Shown in pieces: positions 1 to 9,598 of a stretch of DNA of 52,888 nucleotides. Every line of letters starts with the position of its first letter. The stretch's first letter is position 1. Made by a program: the position numbers and the translations under genes. This DNA comes from Candidatus Omnitrophota bacterium (GTDB taxonomy: Bacteria > Omnitrophota > Gorgyraeia > Gygaellales > Profunditerraquicolaceae): the NCBI GenBank assembly GCA_049517335.1, contig JBEKSD010000009.1, positions 1-52,888 of the forward strand. The letters are read 5' to 3'. The notes beneath the pieces are model-generated. The model saw nothing but the letters and a program-made list of their open reading frames with translations. It was not told the origin of the DNA and ran no database searches.

Positions 1-2
1 TT

Positions 3-512
3 TCGTCACAATATAAAGGGGGAGCACCGACCTATATAGGAAATGCACCGGAGTTTGAAGCGATTCCTGACTTGGTGCTTTCCAACGTAGCTACGGAAAA
101 TGCTGATAGTGTACTGATTACATGGACAATGAGAATTGAAGGCAGCGGCAAGGCAATAAATCCTCAGACAAACATTTGTGGCATGAGGTGGGGTGGGACA
201 GTTACCGAGACATTCAAGGGTGGGCAGGTTTATTCGCAGGCTTATGTTGATTATGGAAATGGTTTCCAGGCCGTAGGTCGAGAAGCTGGTATGACCATAC
301 CTGACGCCGGGGCAGTTGTAGAAAAGGTTGTAATGGACCCGACGCATTCAGGAAGCTGTGTATTGAAAGCGGCAGATGCTCCGGGAGGAAAATTCCCTGC
401 TACGATCAAGGTCCAAATTTATTGGAAAAACGACTCATCTTTGCTAGTAACCAGCAAGGCTGATTATCGCAGCCTTATAGTTACGGTGCTCCCAGCGAGC
501 AGTAATAATTAA
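3..512 (+). CDS. 5'-truncated hypothetical protein of a pilin/pseudopilin-like cluster
   Basis: Frame is open from position 3 (SSQYKGGAPTYIGNAPEF...) to TAA at 510-512, so the gene starts left of the window. Beta-rich sequence directly upstream of prepilin-motif genes. Confidence 0.6.
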   Translation, partial: SSQYKGGAPTYIGNAPEFEAIPDLVLSNVATENADSVLITWTMRIEGSGKAINPQTNICGMRWGGTVTETFKGGQVYSQAYVDYGNGFQAVGREAGMTIPDAGAVVEKVVMDPTHSGSCVLKAADAPGGKFPATIKVQIYWKNDSSLLVTSKADYRSLIVTVLPASSNN

Positions 513-593
513 AAAATTGATCGAGAATTAAAACCAAGGGAAGTCAGGCCTTTCGGCTTTACATTAGTCGAGGTTCTGATTTCCCTTATTTTA

Positions 594-1400
594 ATGGGGA
601 TAGGCATTTCTTTCTGTACAAAGGTATTTGTTACAAGTAAATACTTTATGAAGGAATCAGAGAATAAATCCCGGGCTATGGAAATCGCCGATATGCATAT
701 GAATGAGTATTTGACTCAGTCTTATGAAAGTTTAGTTGCCGGTGCGACCAACCCGGTAACTGATGCTAATGGCTTTACCTGGACAGCTACAGTTACGGAT
801 CAGACGATGAGCCCGGTAGCCCCTAAAGTAAACATTATCCCTTATAAAGAAATTGAGGTCATATGCAGTTATAATGAACAAAATGCCAACGGACTGACTG
901 TAACAAAATATGTCAGGCTGCTAAATATGGTGCCGTATCCATATATGCATCTTTTTAGCGAGGCATATTCGCCGAGCGCCGAAGCTAAATGTTATGGTAA
1001 CCCCGGCTCCTGTATAGTTAATGCTGGTCAGGTTTATAATAATTTCGCTTCCGCTTCCGTTGTTATTGAGTATTCGCCTTTTTCTACGCAGGTGCGAAGC
1101 GACCTGTTGATTTTCTATAATATATCTATAGATATTACAGATAGCACGGGTATAGGTGCCTCAGATCTGATTTTTTCGAAATGTTTTATTATTCCTACTA
1201 ATCCGGTTGGTCCTGCGCAGGCATATAACATACAGACAGGGACCCCCGTTCTTACCCAGCCGACCATCAGCAATACAGTTAGTGTTCAGGATTTACCCAA
1301 AGGTGAGTACACTTTAGAAGTTATCTGGTTTAAAGACCATGACGCCGGAACGATTATGGCAAAAAGAACGAACGTAATTATCTTCCAGGTTGAAAAGTAG
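594..1400 (+). CDS. Prepilin-type N-terminal cleavage/methylation domain protein (minor pilin/pseudopilin)
   Basis: The frame is open upstream of ATG 594 back to 513 and encodes ...RPFG|FTLVEVLISLILMGIG, a class III signal peptide. The true start is therefore upstream of 555 (see findings). Confidence 0.75.
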   Translation: MGIGISFCTKVFVTSKYFMKESENKSRAMEIADMHMNEYLTQSYESLVAGATNPVTDANGFTWTATVTDQTMSPVAPKVNIIPYKEIEVICSYNEQNANGLTVTKYVRLLNMVPYPYMHLFSEAYSPSAEAKCYGNPGSCIVNAGQVYNNFASASVVIEYSPFSTQVRSDLLIFYNISIDITDSTGIGASDLIFSKCFIIPTNPVGPAQAYNIQTGTPVLTQPTISNTVSVQDLPKGEYTLEVIWFKDHDAGTIMAKRTNVIIFQVEK

Positions 1401-1404
1401 GTTT

Positions 1405-2010
1405 ATGTATAAAAAAGCGATGACTCTGTTAGAGATCATAATAGTCTTAATAGTTATGAGCGGGATTATTTTTTTTGTATCCGCAAGTTCAATCTTCTTT
1501 GTGGATCAGACTCAGGCTAATTTAGAAAGAAGCAATATTTATACCGAGATAAATTATGCTATGCAGGATATGAAAATACGCTGCGTAAGCGCCGTAGATT
1601 TAAACCCTATGTTTTCGGTTAAAAACGCGGCTAATGACCCAGACGGACAAGATATAAAGACCGCGCTTATTTTTCAAGGCGAGGCGGATATATATAATAT
1701 TAATCCGGATGACACAACCGATAAATCCTGGTATAAATATTATCTTACTAATCCCGATGCATCTAACCCGCCTAAGCAAGATTTGGTGCTTATGACTTGT
1801 TCAGACTCAAGTTGCTCAACCGGCAAGGAAGAGGTCTTAATAGACAAGATTTTTAATCCCAACGTATCATTCATTTACGAGCAGGGTTCTCCGCCTAATT
1901 TGCTCACAGTAGAATTGACAGCGGAAAGCAATAAAATCCCGCTGGGAGCTAATCAACAGGTTGCCAAAGAAGGAGGCATCAGGTTCTGGTTTATTGATAT
2001 AGCCCAATGA
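1405..2010 (+). CDS. Type IV pilin/T2SS pseudopilin-like protein
   Basis: From ATG 1405: MYKKA|MTLLEIIIVLIVMSGII, a basic leader with Glu at +5 and a hydrophobic helix. Confidence 0.75.
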   Translation: MYKKAMTLLEIIIVLIVMSGIIFFVSASSIFFVDQTQANLERSNIYTEINYAMQDMKIRCVSAVDLNPMFSVKNAANDPDGQDIKTALIFQGEADIYNINPDDTTDKSWYKYYLTNPDASNPPKQDLVLMTCSDSSCSTGKEEVLIDKIFNPNVSFIYEQGSPPNLLTVELTAESNKIPLGANQQVAKEGGIRFWFIDIAQ

Positions 2011-2324
2011 TTGCTGTTATATCTTCTATAATTATTGTAATTACTTCTTTAGCTGTTACTTTAGTTACCGCTAGCCCCAATTACCATAACATCATGGAAA
2101 GTGATTTTATGCGTTCTGCTAAGAATAATGCTTATTTATACAGCTGGGAACTGGCACAGATCAATGTGCGCGCAGGCGAACTCAGCGCAAACAAGACGAC
2201 GATTAATAATATCTCGCTCGGATATTTGAGTAAAAAAAATACTACTGAAACGCAGAAATTACAAACTAATATTACTTTAAACCCGTCAGATTCGAGTCTT
2301 ACCATTGTAGTAAATAAAGAATGA
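2007..2324 (+). CDS. Small membrane-anchored pilus-associated protein
   Basis: ATGA overlap with the preceding gene, N-terminal hydrophobic helix, last gene of the pilin-like cluster. Confidence 0.55.
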   Translation: MIAVISSIIIVITSLAVTLVTASPNYHNIMESDFMRSAKNNAYLYSWELAQINVRAGELSANKTTINNISLGYLSKKNTTETQKLQTNITLNPSDSSLTIVVNKE

Positions 2325-2365
2325 TTATACAAAGCCAGATTATGCCACCGTTTTAAGTTTTACCC

Positions 2366-2394
2366 TTGACCCCGCCTGTTTTAGACAGTATACT
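2366..2394 (+). promoter_or_regulatory. sigma70-type promoter of the Lrp-aminotransferase-ANTAR operon
   Basis: TTGACC-17 nt-TATACT, followed by SD GGAGG at 2420-2424. Confidence 0.7.
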
Positions 2395-2428
2395 AAGAAT
2401 CTGCTTTACAAATAAAAATGGAGGCTGA

Positions 2429-2917
2429 ATGATGAATGAAATAATCGAAATACTAGAAAAGGACGCGCGGACAACGCCGGAAGAGATCGCCAAGATGCTT
2501 AAGAAAAAGCCGGTAGCGATAAAAGAGACGATTAAAAAACTGGAGAAAGAGGGGATAATCCTGAAATATAAGACGGTAATTAATAAAGATTTACTTAAAG
2601 CTCAGGAGCCGCCTGTCAGGGCTTTGATAGAAGTAAGTATTGTGCCGCAGAAAGATTTGGGCTTTGACCATATTGCCGAGCGCATATATTCTTTTCCTGA
2701 GGTTTCCAGCTGCTATTTGATTTCAGGCACTTATGACCTTCTGGTGATAGTGGAAGGCAAGAACATTCATACGGTTTCCAGCTTTGTCGCGGAGAAATTG
2801 TCATGCCTTGAGAATGTACGCAGGACTACAACGCATTTTTTGCTTAAGAAATATAAGGAAGACGGAGTGATCTTAAAACATAAGGAAGAGAATAAGAGGA
2901 TAGCAATTTCGTATTAA
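2429..2917 (+). CDS. Lrp/AsnC family transcriptional regulator (Bacillus AlaR/YugG-like)
   Basis: N-terminal HTH (ILEKDARTTPEEIAKML) and C-terminal RAM domain (FPEVSSCYLISGTYDLLV). Paired with a YugH-like aminotransferase. Confidence 0.9.
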   Translation: MMNEIIEILEKDARTTPEEIAKMLKKKPVAIKETIKKLEKEGIILKYKTVINKDLLKAQEPPVRALIEVSIVPQKDLGFDHIAERIYSFPEVSSCYLISGTYDLLVIVEGKNIHTVSSFVAEKLSCLENVRRTTTHFLLKKYKEDGVILKHKEENKRIAISY

Positions 2918-2944
2918 ACTGTAACTAATAAATTGGAAAGATAA

Positions 2945-4099
2945 ATGAAAGACCTAGTTTCTACAACGGTTAAAAACATGCAGCCGTCCGGCATCCGGGC
3001 CTTTTTTGATTTAGTCCTGGGGATGAAGGACGTTATTTCCCTTGGAGTGGGCGAGCCGGATTTTGTCACTCCTTGGGCTATACGGGAAGCGGGGATTTAT
3101 TCTCTTGAGCAGGGTTTTACCTCTTATACCTCCAATAAGGGCTTATATAAACTCCGCCTCGGTATCGCGCGCTATTTAAAAAATAAATGCGGCCTTGAAT
3201 ATTCTCCGGATAGTGAGATCTTAATTACTGTCGGCGTAAGCGAAGGCGTGGATTTGGTCTTACGGAGCATAATTAACCCGCAGGACAAGGTTCTCATACC
3301 TGTGCCAAGCTATGTTTCTTACGGCCCGGTTACCGAACTGGCAGGAGGTGCGCCGGTTTATATTGATACGACTAAGTACGGTTTTAAGCTGACTCCTGAA
3401 AATTTGTCCAGGCATCTTGATAAGAAGCCTAAGGCAATTATCTTAAATTACCCCTCGAACCCTACGGGGGTTTCCTATAGCAAAAAAGAACTCTCGGAGA
3501 TTAACAGGATTTTATTAAAGCATAATATCTTTACAATAACAGATGAGGTTTACGGCGATTTAACTTATGATTTTGAGCATACGCATTTTGCGACCCTGCA
3601 CAAAGCAAAAGAGAATACCGTCTATTTAGATGGTTTTTCAAAAAGCTATGCGATGACCGGCTGGCGCGTGGGTTTTGCCTGCGGACCGGAAGAGATAATC
3701 TCCGCGATGACCAAGATCCATCAATATACGATTATGTGCGTTCCCATAACCGCTCAAATGGCAGCTTATGAGGCGCTTGAGGGAGGAAGAAAATCCGTTG
3801 AAGAGATGAAACGCGAATACAAAAGGCGCAGGGAATTCGTAATTGACGCTTTAAACAATTTAGGGCTTATTTGTTCTAAGCCTCAAGGGGCTTTTTATGC
3901 CTATCCGTCGCTTAAAAAAACAGGAATGCGCTCAATGGAGTTTGCTAAAAAGCTTCTTAAGGAGCAAAAGGTGGCGGTTGTCCCGGGGACTGCCTTTGGC
4001 GGAGAGAACGGTAAAGATTATATGCGCATATCCTATGCTGCAAGTTTTGAAAACTTAAAAGAAGCATTAAACAGGATAAAAGTTTTTTTAAGGAAATAA
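2945..4099 (+). CDS. PLP-dependent class I/II aminotransferase (AlaT/YugH-like)
   Basis: ISLGVGEPDF, NYPSNPTG, DEVY and the PLP lysine motif GFSKSYAMTGWRVG. Confidence 0.93.
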   Translation: MKDLVSTTVKNMQPSGIRAFFDLVLGMKDVISLGVGEPDFVTPWAIREAGIYSLEQGFTSYTSNKGLYKLRLGIARYLKNKCGLEYSPDSEILITVGVSEGVDLVLRSIINPQDKVLIPVPSYVSYGPVTELAGGAPVYIDTTKYGFKLTPENLSRHLDKKPKAIILNYPSNPTGVSYSKKELSEINRILLKHNIFTITDEVYGDLTYDFEHTHFATLHKAKENTVYLDGFSKSYAMTGWRVGFACGPEEIISAMTKIHQYTIMCVPITAQMAAYEALEGGRKSVEEMKREYKRRREFVIDALNNLGLICSKPQGAFYAYPSLKKTGMRSMEFAKKLLKEQKVAVVPGTAFGGENGKDYMRISYAASFENLKEALNRIKVFLRK

Positions 4100-4100
4100 T

Positions 4101-4823
4101 ATGGCTAAGCAAAAGAAAGAACATTATGAGATTTACGTAAAGCAGATTGAGGCGCTTTCAAAAGTAGCTAACTTGATCACATCAGGAATGTATTTAGAGG
4201 AACTTTTACGCCTCATCGTGCACGTGACTGCGGAAATAATGAATTCCAAGATTTCTTCGCTTATGCTGCTTGACCCAAACACAAAGGAACTGGTAGTGCG
4301 CGCCACCCAGTCCATATCCGAAGCGTATAATAAAAAGCCGAACATAAAATTGGGGGATGGTATTGCCGGGATCGTGGCGAAAGAAAACAAGCCCATTTAT
4401 GTTCTGAATGTTAAAGATGATGTGCGCTATCTTAATCAGGATATTGCCCGAAAAGAAGGGCTTTGCTCGCTGGCAAGCGTTCCTTTAACAGTAAAGGGCA
4501 GAATGATTGGCGTTCTTAACTGTTACACCTCCAAGAAACACAAGTTTTCCAAACATGAACAAGACCTCCTGACTACTCTGGCAAATCAGGCAGCTATTGC
4601 CATTGAGAATGCAGAGCTGGATTTAAGGGCGCGCAGCGCTGAAGAAGCCCTAACTACCCGTAAACTTGTGGAGCGCGCCAAAGAGATGCTTGCGCAGGAA
4701 GCAAATATCCTTCCGCAGGAAGCTTACCGCCTTATTCAGAAGCAGAGTATGGACTCAAGAAAATCCATGCGCGAGATTGCCGAAGCAATCATTCTTGCAC
4801 AGCAAGTTAAAGGCAAAACTTAA
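4101..4823 (+). CDS. GAF-ANTAR RNA-binding transcription antiterminator
   Basis: GAF domain (LGDGIAGIVA...SLASVPL...IGVLNCY...LANQAAIAIENA) followed by an ANTAR domain (RKLVERAKEML...EAYRLIQKQSMDSRKSMREIAEAII). Confidence 0.92.
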   Translation: MAKQKKEHYEIYVKQIEALSKVANLITSGMYLEELLRLIVHVTAEIMNSKISSLMLLDPNTKELVVRATQSISEAYNKKPNIKLGDGIAGIVAKENKPIYVLNVKDDVRYLNQDIARKEGLCSLASVPLTVKGRMIGVLNCYTSKKHKFSKHEQDLLTTLANQAAIAIENAELDLRARSAEEALTTRKLVERAKEMLAQEANILPQEAYRLIQKQSMDSRKSMREIAEAIILAQQVKGKT

Positions 4824-4827
4824 AGGC

Positions 4828-4852
4828 AAGACCAGGGTGGGACCTTGGTTTT
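4828..4852 (+). terminator. Probable intrinsic terminator after the GAF-ANTAR gene
   Basis: AAGACCAGGGT-GGG-ACCTTGGTTTT hairpin 4 nt after the stop codon. Confidence 0.55.
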
Positions 4853-4854
4853 AC

Positions 4855-4882
4855 TTGACAACATCCGGGTTTTTGTTAAAAT
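4855..4882 (+). promoter_or_regulatory. sigma70-type promoter of the hydrogenase operon
   Basis: TTGACA-16 nt-TAAAAT with an extended TGn -10. Confidence 0.7.
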
Positions 4883-4905
4883 ACTACCCATTAATGTACT
4901 AGTAA

Positions 4906-4949
4906 GAGACATAGAAGTCTTCTAGCAGCACTACTAGGAGGCTTTTTTT
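4906..4949 (+). promoter_or_regulatory. ANTAR-type attenuator in the hydrogenase leader
   Basis: Hexaloop hairpin AGAC-ATAGAA-GTCT (loop A1/G4) overlaps the 5' arm of terminator AAGTCTTCTAG...CTAGGAGGCTT plus T-run. The terminator 3' arm contains the SD AGGAGG. Confidence 0.65.
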
Positions 4950-4950
4950 A

Positions 4951-6402
4951 TTGAATATGAACACAAACTTATTACTTTTAGCCGCTGTTTTTATCCCTAC
5001 ACTTCTTGCGTTTATCCTGCCTTTGGCAGGTAAATTATCCGAGAAGTTAAGGAATTACTTGGCGTTATTGCTGGTGGCTGCCCCTTTGGCTGCATCTTTA
5101 GCCTTAATTCCTGCGGTTTTAAGGCAAGAGAGTATTACTTTAAGTAGGCAGCTCGGCTTAGGGATTAATTTTGTCTTTACCGCCGATGCTTTAGCCTTAT
5201 TTGTCGCCTCTGTTTCTTCTTTTATCAGCGCCATAATCGTAATCTATTCTTTCGCTTACATAGCCCACTATGAGAATAGGAACGAATATTACTTTTTTGT
5301 GGTTTTGTTCTTGGGTTCAATGATGGGCCTTATTTATGCGGGTAACCTTATATTCCTCTACATATTCTGGGAACTTACCGCGATCTCAAGCTGGCGCCTG
5401 ATAGGGTTTTTCCGGGAGAAGTATCAGGTGGAGCGGGCGGATAAGGCGTTTCTGGTTACGGTATTCGGCGCCCTGTGCATGCTTCTGGGGTTTATTTGTT
5501 TATACCATGAAACCGGCTCATTTGACCTTTTAGTTATCAAAGAAGCGGTTAAAACGCATCCTATTTCCAATTTAGCAATATGTCTTATTTTAGCCGGAAT
5601 ACTTTCCAAGTCCGCAACCTTACCGTTTCATACCTGGCTTCCCGATGCCGGTGTTGCGCCTTCGCCTGTTACCGCGCTCCTGCATGCGGCAGTACTGGTT
5701 AAAATAGGCGTATATGTTTTTGCCCGCATTTTTGTGGCGACTATTCCCCTCGGAATAAACTGGCAGGTAGTTGTGTCTTTAATAGCCGGTATAAGCGCGC
5801 TGGTTGCAGCAGGGGCGGCATTGATTGAGACGGATTTAAAGAGAATCATCGCTTATTCTACTATCAGCCAGATCGGTTTTATATTTTTAGGGTTTGCTAT
5901 CGGTGGGGAAATCGGGATTGCCGGCGCTCTTTTATTTATTTTGATGCACGGCTTAGGCAAGGCCGGCCTTTTCCTTTGCGCGGGGATCGTAGAGCAGAAA
6001 ACCCATACTAAGGATATCACCAAACTCGGCGGGCTTATTTCGAGTATGCCCTTAACTGCTATTTCGTTCTTATTCTGCGCTTTTTCCATAATGGGCATTC
6101 CGCCGTTCGGAGGTTTTTTTAGTAAATATATGGTTATGGCCGAAGCTTTCCGCAGCGGCCATTTAGTGATAGCTTCTTTTTTCTTACTCTGCGCATTTCT
6201 GACCATACTTTATCTCTTTAGGGTCTTTAATCTGGTTTTTTTAGGCTCGGCTAAAGGCGAATTAGCCAAAGAAGGTCAGCCGCTGATGGTGGGTAGCGTT
6301 TTAACTCTGGCCATACTTTCTTTGGCAAGCGGCTTTTTAATTTGGTATCCTAATGCCTTTGCTAAAATCGCGGCAATTAGGATGTTAGGGTTAACAAAAT
6401 GA
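4951..6402 (+). CDS. Group 4 hydrogenase antiporter-like membrane subunit (NuoL/MrpA-like)
   Basis: YIFWELT, KSATLPFHTWLPDAGVAPSPVTALLHAAVLVK, DLKRIIAYSTISQIG, GIPPFGGFFSK. TTG start lies 9 nt after AGGAGG. Confidence 0.88.
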   Translation: MNMNTNLLLLAAVFIPTLLAFILPLAGKLSEKLRNYLALLLVAAPLAASLALIPAVLRQESITLSRQLGLGINFVFTADALALFVASVSSFISAIIVIYSFAYIAHYENRNEYYFFVVLFLGSMMGLIYAGNLIFLYIFWELTAISSWRLIGFFREKYQVERADKAFLVTVFGALCMLLGFICLYHETGSFDLLVIKEAVKTHPISNLAICLILAGILSKSATLPFHTWLPDAGVAPSPVTALLHAAVLVKIGVYVFARIFVATIPLGINWQVVVSLIAGISALVAAGAALIETDLKRIIAYSTISQIGFIFLGFAIGGEIGIAGALLFILMHGLGKAGLFLCAGIVEQKTHTKDITKLGGLISSMPLTAISFLFCAFSIMGIPPFGGFFSKYMVMAEAFRSGHLVIASFFLLCAFLTILYLFRVFNLVFLGSAKGELAKEGQPLMVGSVLTLAILSLASGFLIWYPNAFAKIAAIRMLGLTK

Positions 6403-8237
6403 TGTTTCCGATAATCCTTTTACCTATATTAATACCTTTAACAGCTGCGCTAACAGTTATATTTTTACCGAAGAATTCCCGCAGCTTTCAAGGCTCGCTA
6501 ACATTCGTTGCCGCAGCCTTTAATTTCGTTCTCACAGCGAAACTGTTTAATAAGGAGCTACTTTTTAACCTTCCCTGGCTGGGAAAGGGAATGGATTTCT
6601 CCTTACGCCTCTATCAATTCAGCGGTTTTATTATGCTCTCCGCCGGATTCTTCGCGTTATTAATCTCGCTTTATTCTTTGAGTTTCCTGCGCGATAAAAA
6701 TTACGCCAAGCATTTTTACGCTTATTTTTTAGTTACGCTTGCCTTTGTCAACGGCGCTTTGCTTTCCGATAACCTTATCCTCTTGTTGTTCTTCTGGGAA
6801 GGGTTATTGCTGACTTTGTTCGGAATGATCGCTATTACGAAGCCTGAAAGTTTTAAGACTGCTACAAAGGCATTTATAATCGTAGGCATTACCGACCTTT
6901 GCTTAATGTCCGGCATTGCTCTAGCGTGGTTTCTTTCCGGCACTTTAACTATTTCAAAAATCCACCTTTCCTCCGGTTCACTCGCCAGCCTTGCTTTTAT
7001 ATTTTTAATTATAGGTGCAATATCCAAAGCAGGTTCAATGCCGTTTCACAGCTGGATCCCCGATGCTGCGGATGATGCATCTCTTCCTTTTATGGCCTTC
7101 CTGCCTGCGGCAGTAGAAAAATTACTTGGCATTTATTTTCTGACCAGGATAACGCTAGACATGTTTGCCCTCAAGCCCGGCTCATGGCTGAGCCCGCTAT
7201 TGATGATTATCGGCTCGCTTACGATTATTCTGGCGGTAATGATGGCCTTGGTGCAGAAAGAGTACAAACGCCTGCTTTCATATCACGCCATCAGCCAGGT
7301 CGGCTACATGATTTTAGGCATAGGCACCTGTGTGCCTGTGGGGATTATCGGCGGCTTGTTCCATATGGTCAATAATGCGCTGTATAAATCCTGCTTATTC
7401 CTTACCGGCGGTTCGGTTGAAAAACAAACCGGCACTACGGACTTGGAAAATTTAGGCGGGCTACGCTTAAAGATGCCGGTAACCTGCGCCTGTTTTATTA
7501 TTACTGCGTTAGCCATTTCCGGGGTGCCGCCTTTTAACGGATTCTTTTCCAAGGAGCTTGTTTATGAGGGTGCCCTGGAGAGGGGCAAGATTTTTTACCT
7601 GGCGGCAATATTAGGGTCATTTTTTACCGCGGCATCATTCCTGAAATTAGGGCATGCCGCGTTTTTCGGAAAGATAAGAGAAGAGCACAAAAAGACAAAA
7701 GAGGCACCTTTAGCAATCCTTATTCCCATGATTGTAATAGCCCTCACCTGTATAATCTTCGGGCTCTTTAATTACATCCCTATTAGAGGTTTCATCCAGC
7801 CGGTGTTGGGAGAAAGGTTGGAAGGCCATAACTTTTCCGGATTTCCAGCCAATATAATGCTTACTATAGCTACGGTTTTAGTTTTACTGGCAGCGCTTAT
7901 CCATCATTTGCTTGCAGTTAAGATTAAGGGGAGTGCTTTAAAGGCAGCTGACCATATCCGTTATGCCCCTATGCTTGGCGCTATCTATGACGCAGCAAAG
8001 AAAAGGTTTTTTGACCCTTACGAGATCTGGCTTAAAATATCAACAGTTATCGCAAAATTTTCTTTCCGGATTGACCGCGGTATTGACTGGGTTTATGAAA
8101 GTTTTAGCGTAGGCCTTGCTAGCATTGCTTCAATGAAAATAAGGAAGCTGCACGATGGCTCTTACGCGAGATATATAAGCTGGGCATTTTTGGGCCTGAT
8201 TTTAGTTATTATTTTCTTCTTTAAGGGAATAAAATGA
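6399..8237 (+). CDS. Group 4 hydrogenase antiporter-like membrane subunit (NuoL-like, long)
   Basis: FFWEG, KAGSMPFHSWIPDA, YKRLLSYHAISQVGY, GVPPFNGFFSK, and a C-terminal lateral-helix region ending LHDGSYARY. Confidence 0.88.
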   Translation: MMFPIILLPILIPLTAALTVIFLPKNSRSFQGSLTFVAAAFNFVLTAKLFNKELLFNLPWLGKGMDFSLRLYQFSGFIMLSAGFFALLISLYSLSFLRDKNYAKHFYAYFLVTLAFVNGALLSDNLILLLFFWEGLLLTLFGMIAITKPESFKTATKAFIIVGITDLCLMSGIALAWFLSGTLTISKIHLSSGSLASLAFIFLIIGAISKAGSMPFHSWIPDAADDASLPFMAFLPAAVEKLLGIYFLTRITLDMFALKPGSWLSPLLMIIGSLTIILAVMMALVQKEYKRLLSYHAISQVGYMILGIGTCVPVGIIGGLFHMVNNALYKSCLFLTGGSVEKQTGTTDLENLGGLRLKMPVTCACFIITALAISGVPPFNGFFSKELVYEGALERGKIFYLAAILGSFFTAASFLKLGHAAFFGKIREEHKKTKEAPLAILIPMIVIALTCIIFGLFNYIPIRGFIQPVLGERLEGHNFSGFPANIMLTIATVLVLLAALIHHLLAVKIKGSALKAADHIRYAPMLGAIYDAAKKRFFDPYEIWLKISTVIAKFSFRIDRGIDWVYESFSVGLASIASMKIRKLHDGSYARYISWAFLGLILVIIFFFKGIK

Positions 8238-9598
8238 CGTCTTTACTTGTATTAGTGCCTTTTTTTAGCCTTATTGTTTTAAACTTCCCCTTTAAGGGCT
8301 TAATGCGTACCTTTGCCTTTTTTTGGGCGGCTTTATTGTCGCTTGCGCAAATTGCTTTGACCGTTTTTCATCCGGCGTGGTTTTGGGAAGGTAGAGCGGA
8401 TAATCTTTCTTCTGTTATGTTCCTTTCCATAGGCATAGTGGTTTTTATATCTTTGTTCGTTGCCCGCGCTCTTATAACAGATGAGGCGCAAAGGGCAAAT
8501 TTCGTAAATTTACTCTTTGTAGCGCTTATCGGAATGAACGCGACGGTTATGGTCACTGATATTTTCTCTCTCTATGTTTTCATAGAGATTACGGCGGTTT
8601 CCTCTTTCGTAATGATCGCCTTACAGAAAGACAGGCTGGCTCTGGAAGGAGCTTTTAAATATTTTATCATGTCCGCGGTAGCCACAGCGATGATCTTGAG
8701 CGCCATTGCCCTGATGTTCTTCGTATCTGGCTCTACCTCTTTTTCCGCAGTTTCCGCAGGCCTGATCAATTCCGCAGGAAGCGGCTTAACCCGTACGGCA
8801 ATTGCTTTATTTATCTGCGGCCTGCTGATTAAATCGGGGATTGTGCCTTTTCATGGCTGGCTGCCGGATGCGTATTCTGCAGCCCCTACCCCGGTTTCGG
8901 TGCTTTTGGCGGGGATTATTACCAAAGCCTCTGGAGTTTACGTGCTTATGCGCCTGGTAATTTCGGTTTTCGGCATAATACCTTCTCTGCAGAACCTTTT
9001 AATGTTTAGCGGCGCTTTATCAATTATTGTCGGAGCGCTAGCTGCTTTAACGCAAAGCGATTTTAAGAGAATGCTTGCTTATTCAAGCATCAGCCAGATT
9101 GGTTACATTATACTGGCTTTGGGTTGCGGAACTCCGCTTGCGCTATTCGGTGCGGCATTCCATATTTTTAACCATGCGACATTTAAATCCTTACTTTTTG
9201 TAAACGCGGCTGCAGTTGAGAAACAATTAGGCACGTTGGATATGGATAAGATGGGTGGACTTTCTGCAAAAATGCCGGTCACCGGAACAACTTCCGTCAT
9301 CGCGGCCCTTTCTACTGCGGGCATTCCTCCTCTATCGGGATTTTGGAGCAAGTTAATCATTATCCTCGCTTTATGGAATGCAGGAAATTTCATCTATGCG
9401 ACGGTTGCGCTCTTGGCAAGCATTCTCACCCTGGCGTATTTCTTGACCCTACAGCGTAAGGTTTTCTTCGGTAAATTAGCCAAGGGTCTGGAGAACGTAG
9501 AAGAAGCGGACTTAAATCTGGTTATTCCGCAGCTGATATTGGCTGTTTTAATAATAGGAGTAGGGTTAATATTCCCCTTTATTTTTGTATGGCATTAG
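8234..9598 (+). CDS. Group 4 hydrogenase antiporter-like membrane subunit (NuoN/MrpD-like)
   Basis: LYVFIEI, ALEGAFKY, KSGIVPFHGWLPDAYSAAP, FKRMLAYSSISQIG. Confidence 0.88.
   Translation: MTSLLVLVPFFSLIVLNFPFKGLMRTFAFFWAALLSLAQIALTVFHPAWFWEGRADNLSSVMFLSIGIVVFISLFVARALITDEAQRANFVNLLFVALIGMNATVMVTDIFSLYVFIEITAVSSFVMIALQKDRLALEGAFKYFIMSAVATAMILSAIALMFFVSGSTSFSAVSAGLINSAGSGLTRTAIALFICGLLIKSGIVPFHGWLPDAYSAAPTPVSVLLAGIITKASGVYVLMRLVISVFGIIPSLQNLLMFSGALSIIVGALAALTQSDFKRMLAYSSISQIGYIILALGCGTPLALFGAAFHIFNHATFKSLLFVNAAAVEKQLGTLDMDKMGGLSAKMPVTGTTSVIAALSTAGIPPLSGFWSKLIIILALWNAGNFIYATVALLASILTLAYFLTLQRKVFFGKLAKGLENVEEADLNLVIPQLILAVLIIGVGLIFPFIFVWH

Noticed and set aside
4828-4860. TTTTACTTGAC upstream of the hydrogenase operon as a copy of the alternative-sigma motif
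   Set aside because: No GTTACCA at 16-nt spacing. The sequence is better explained as the TTGACA -35 of a sigma70 promoter.
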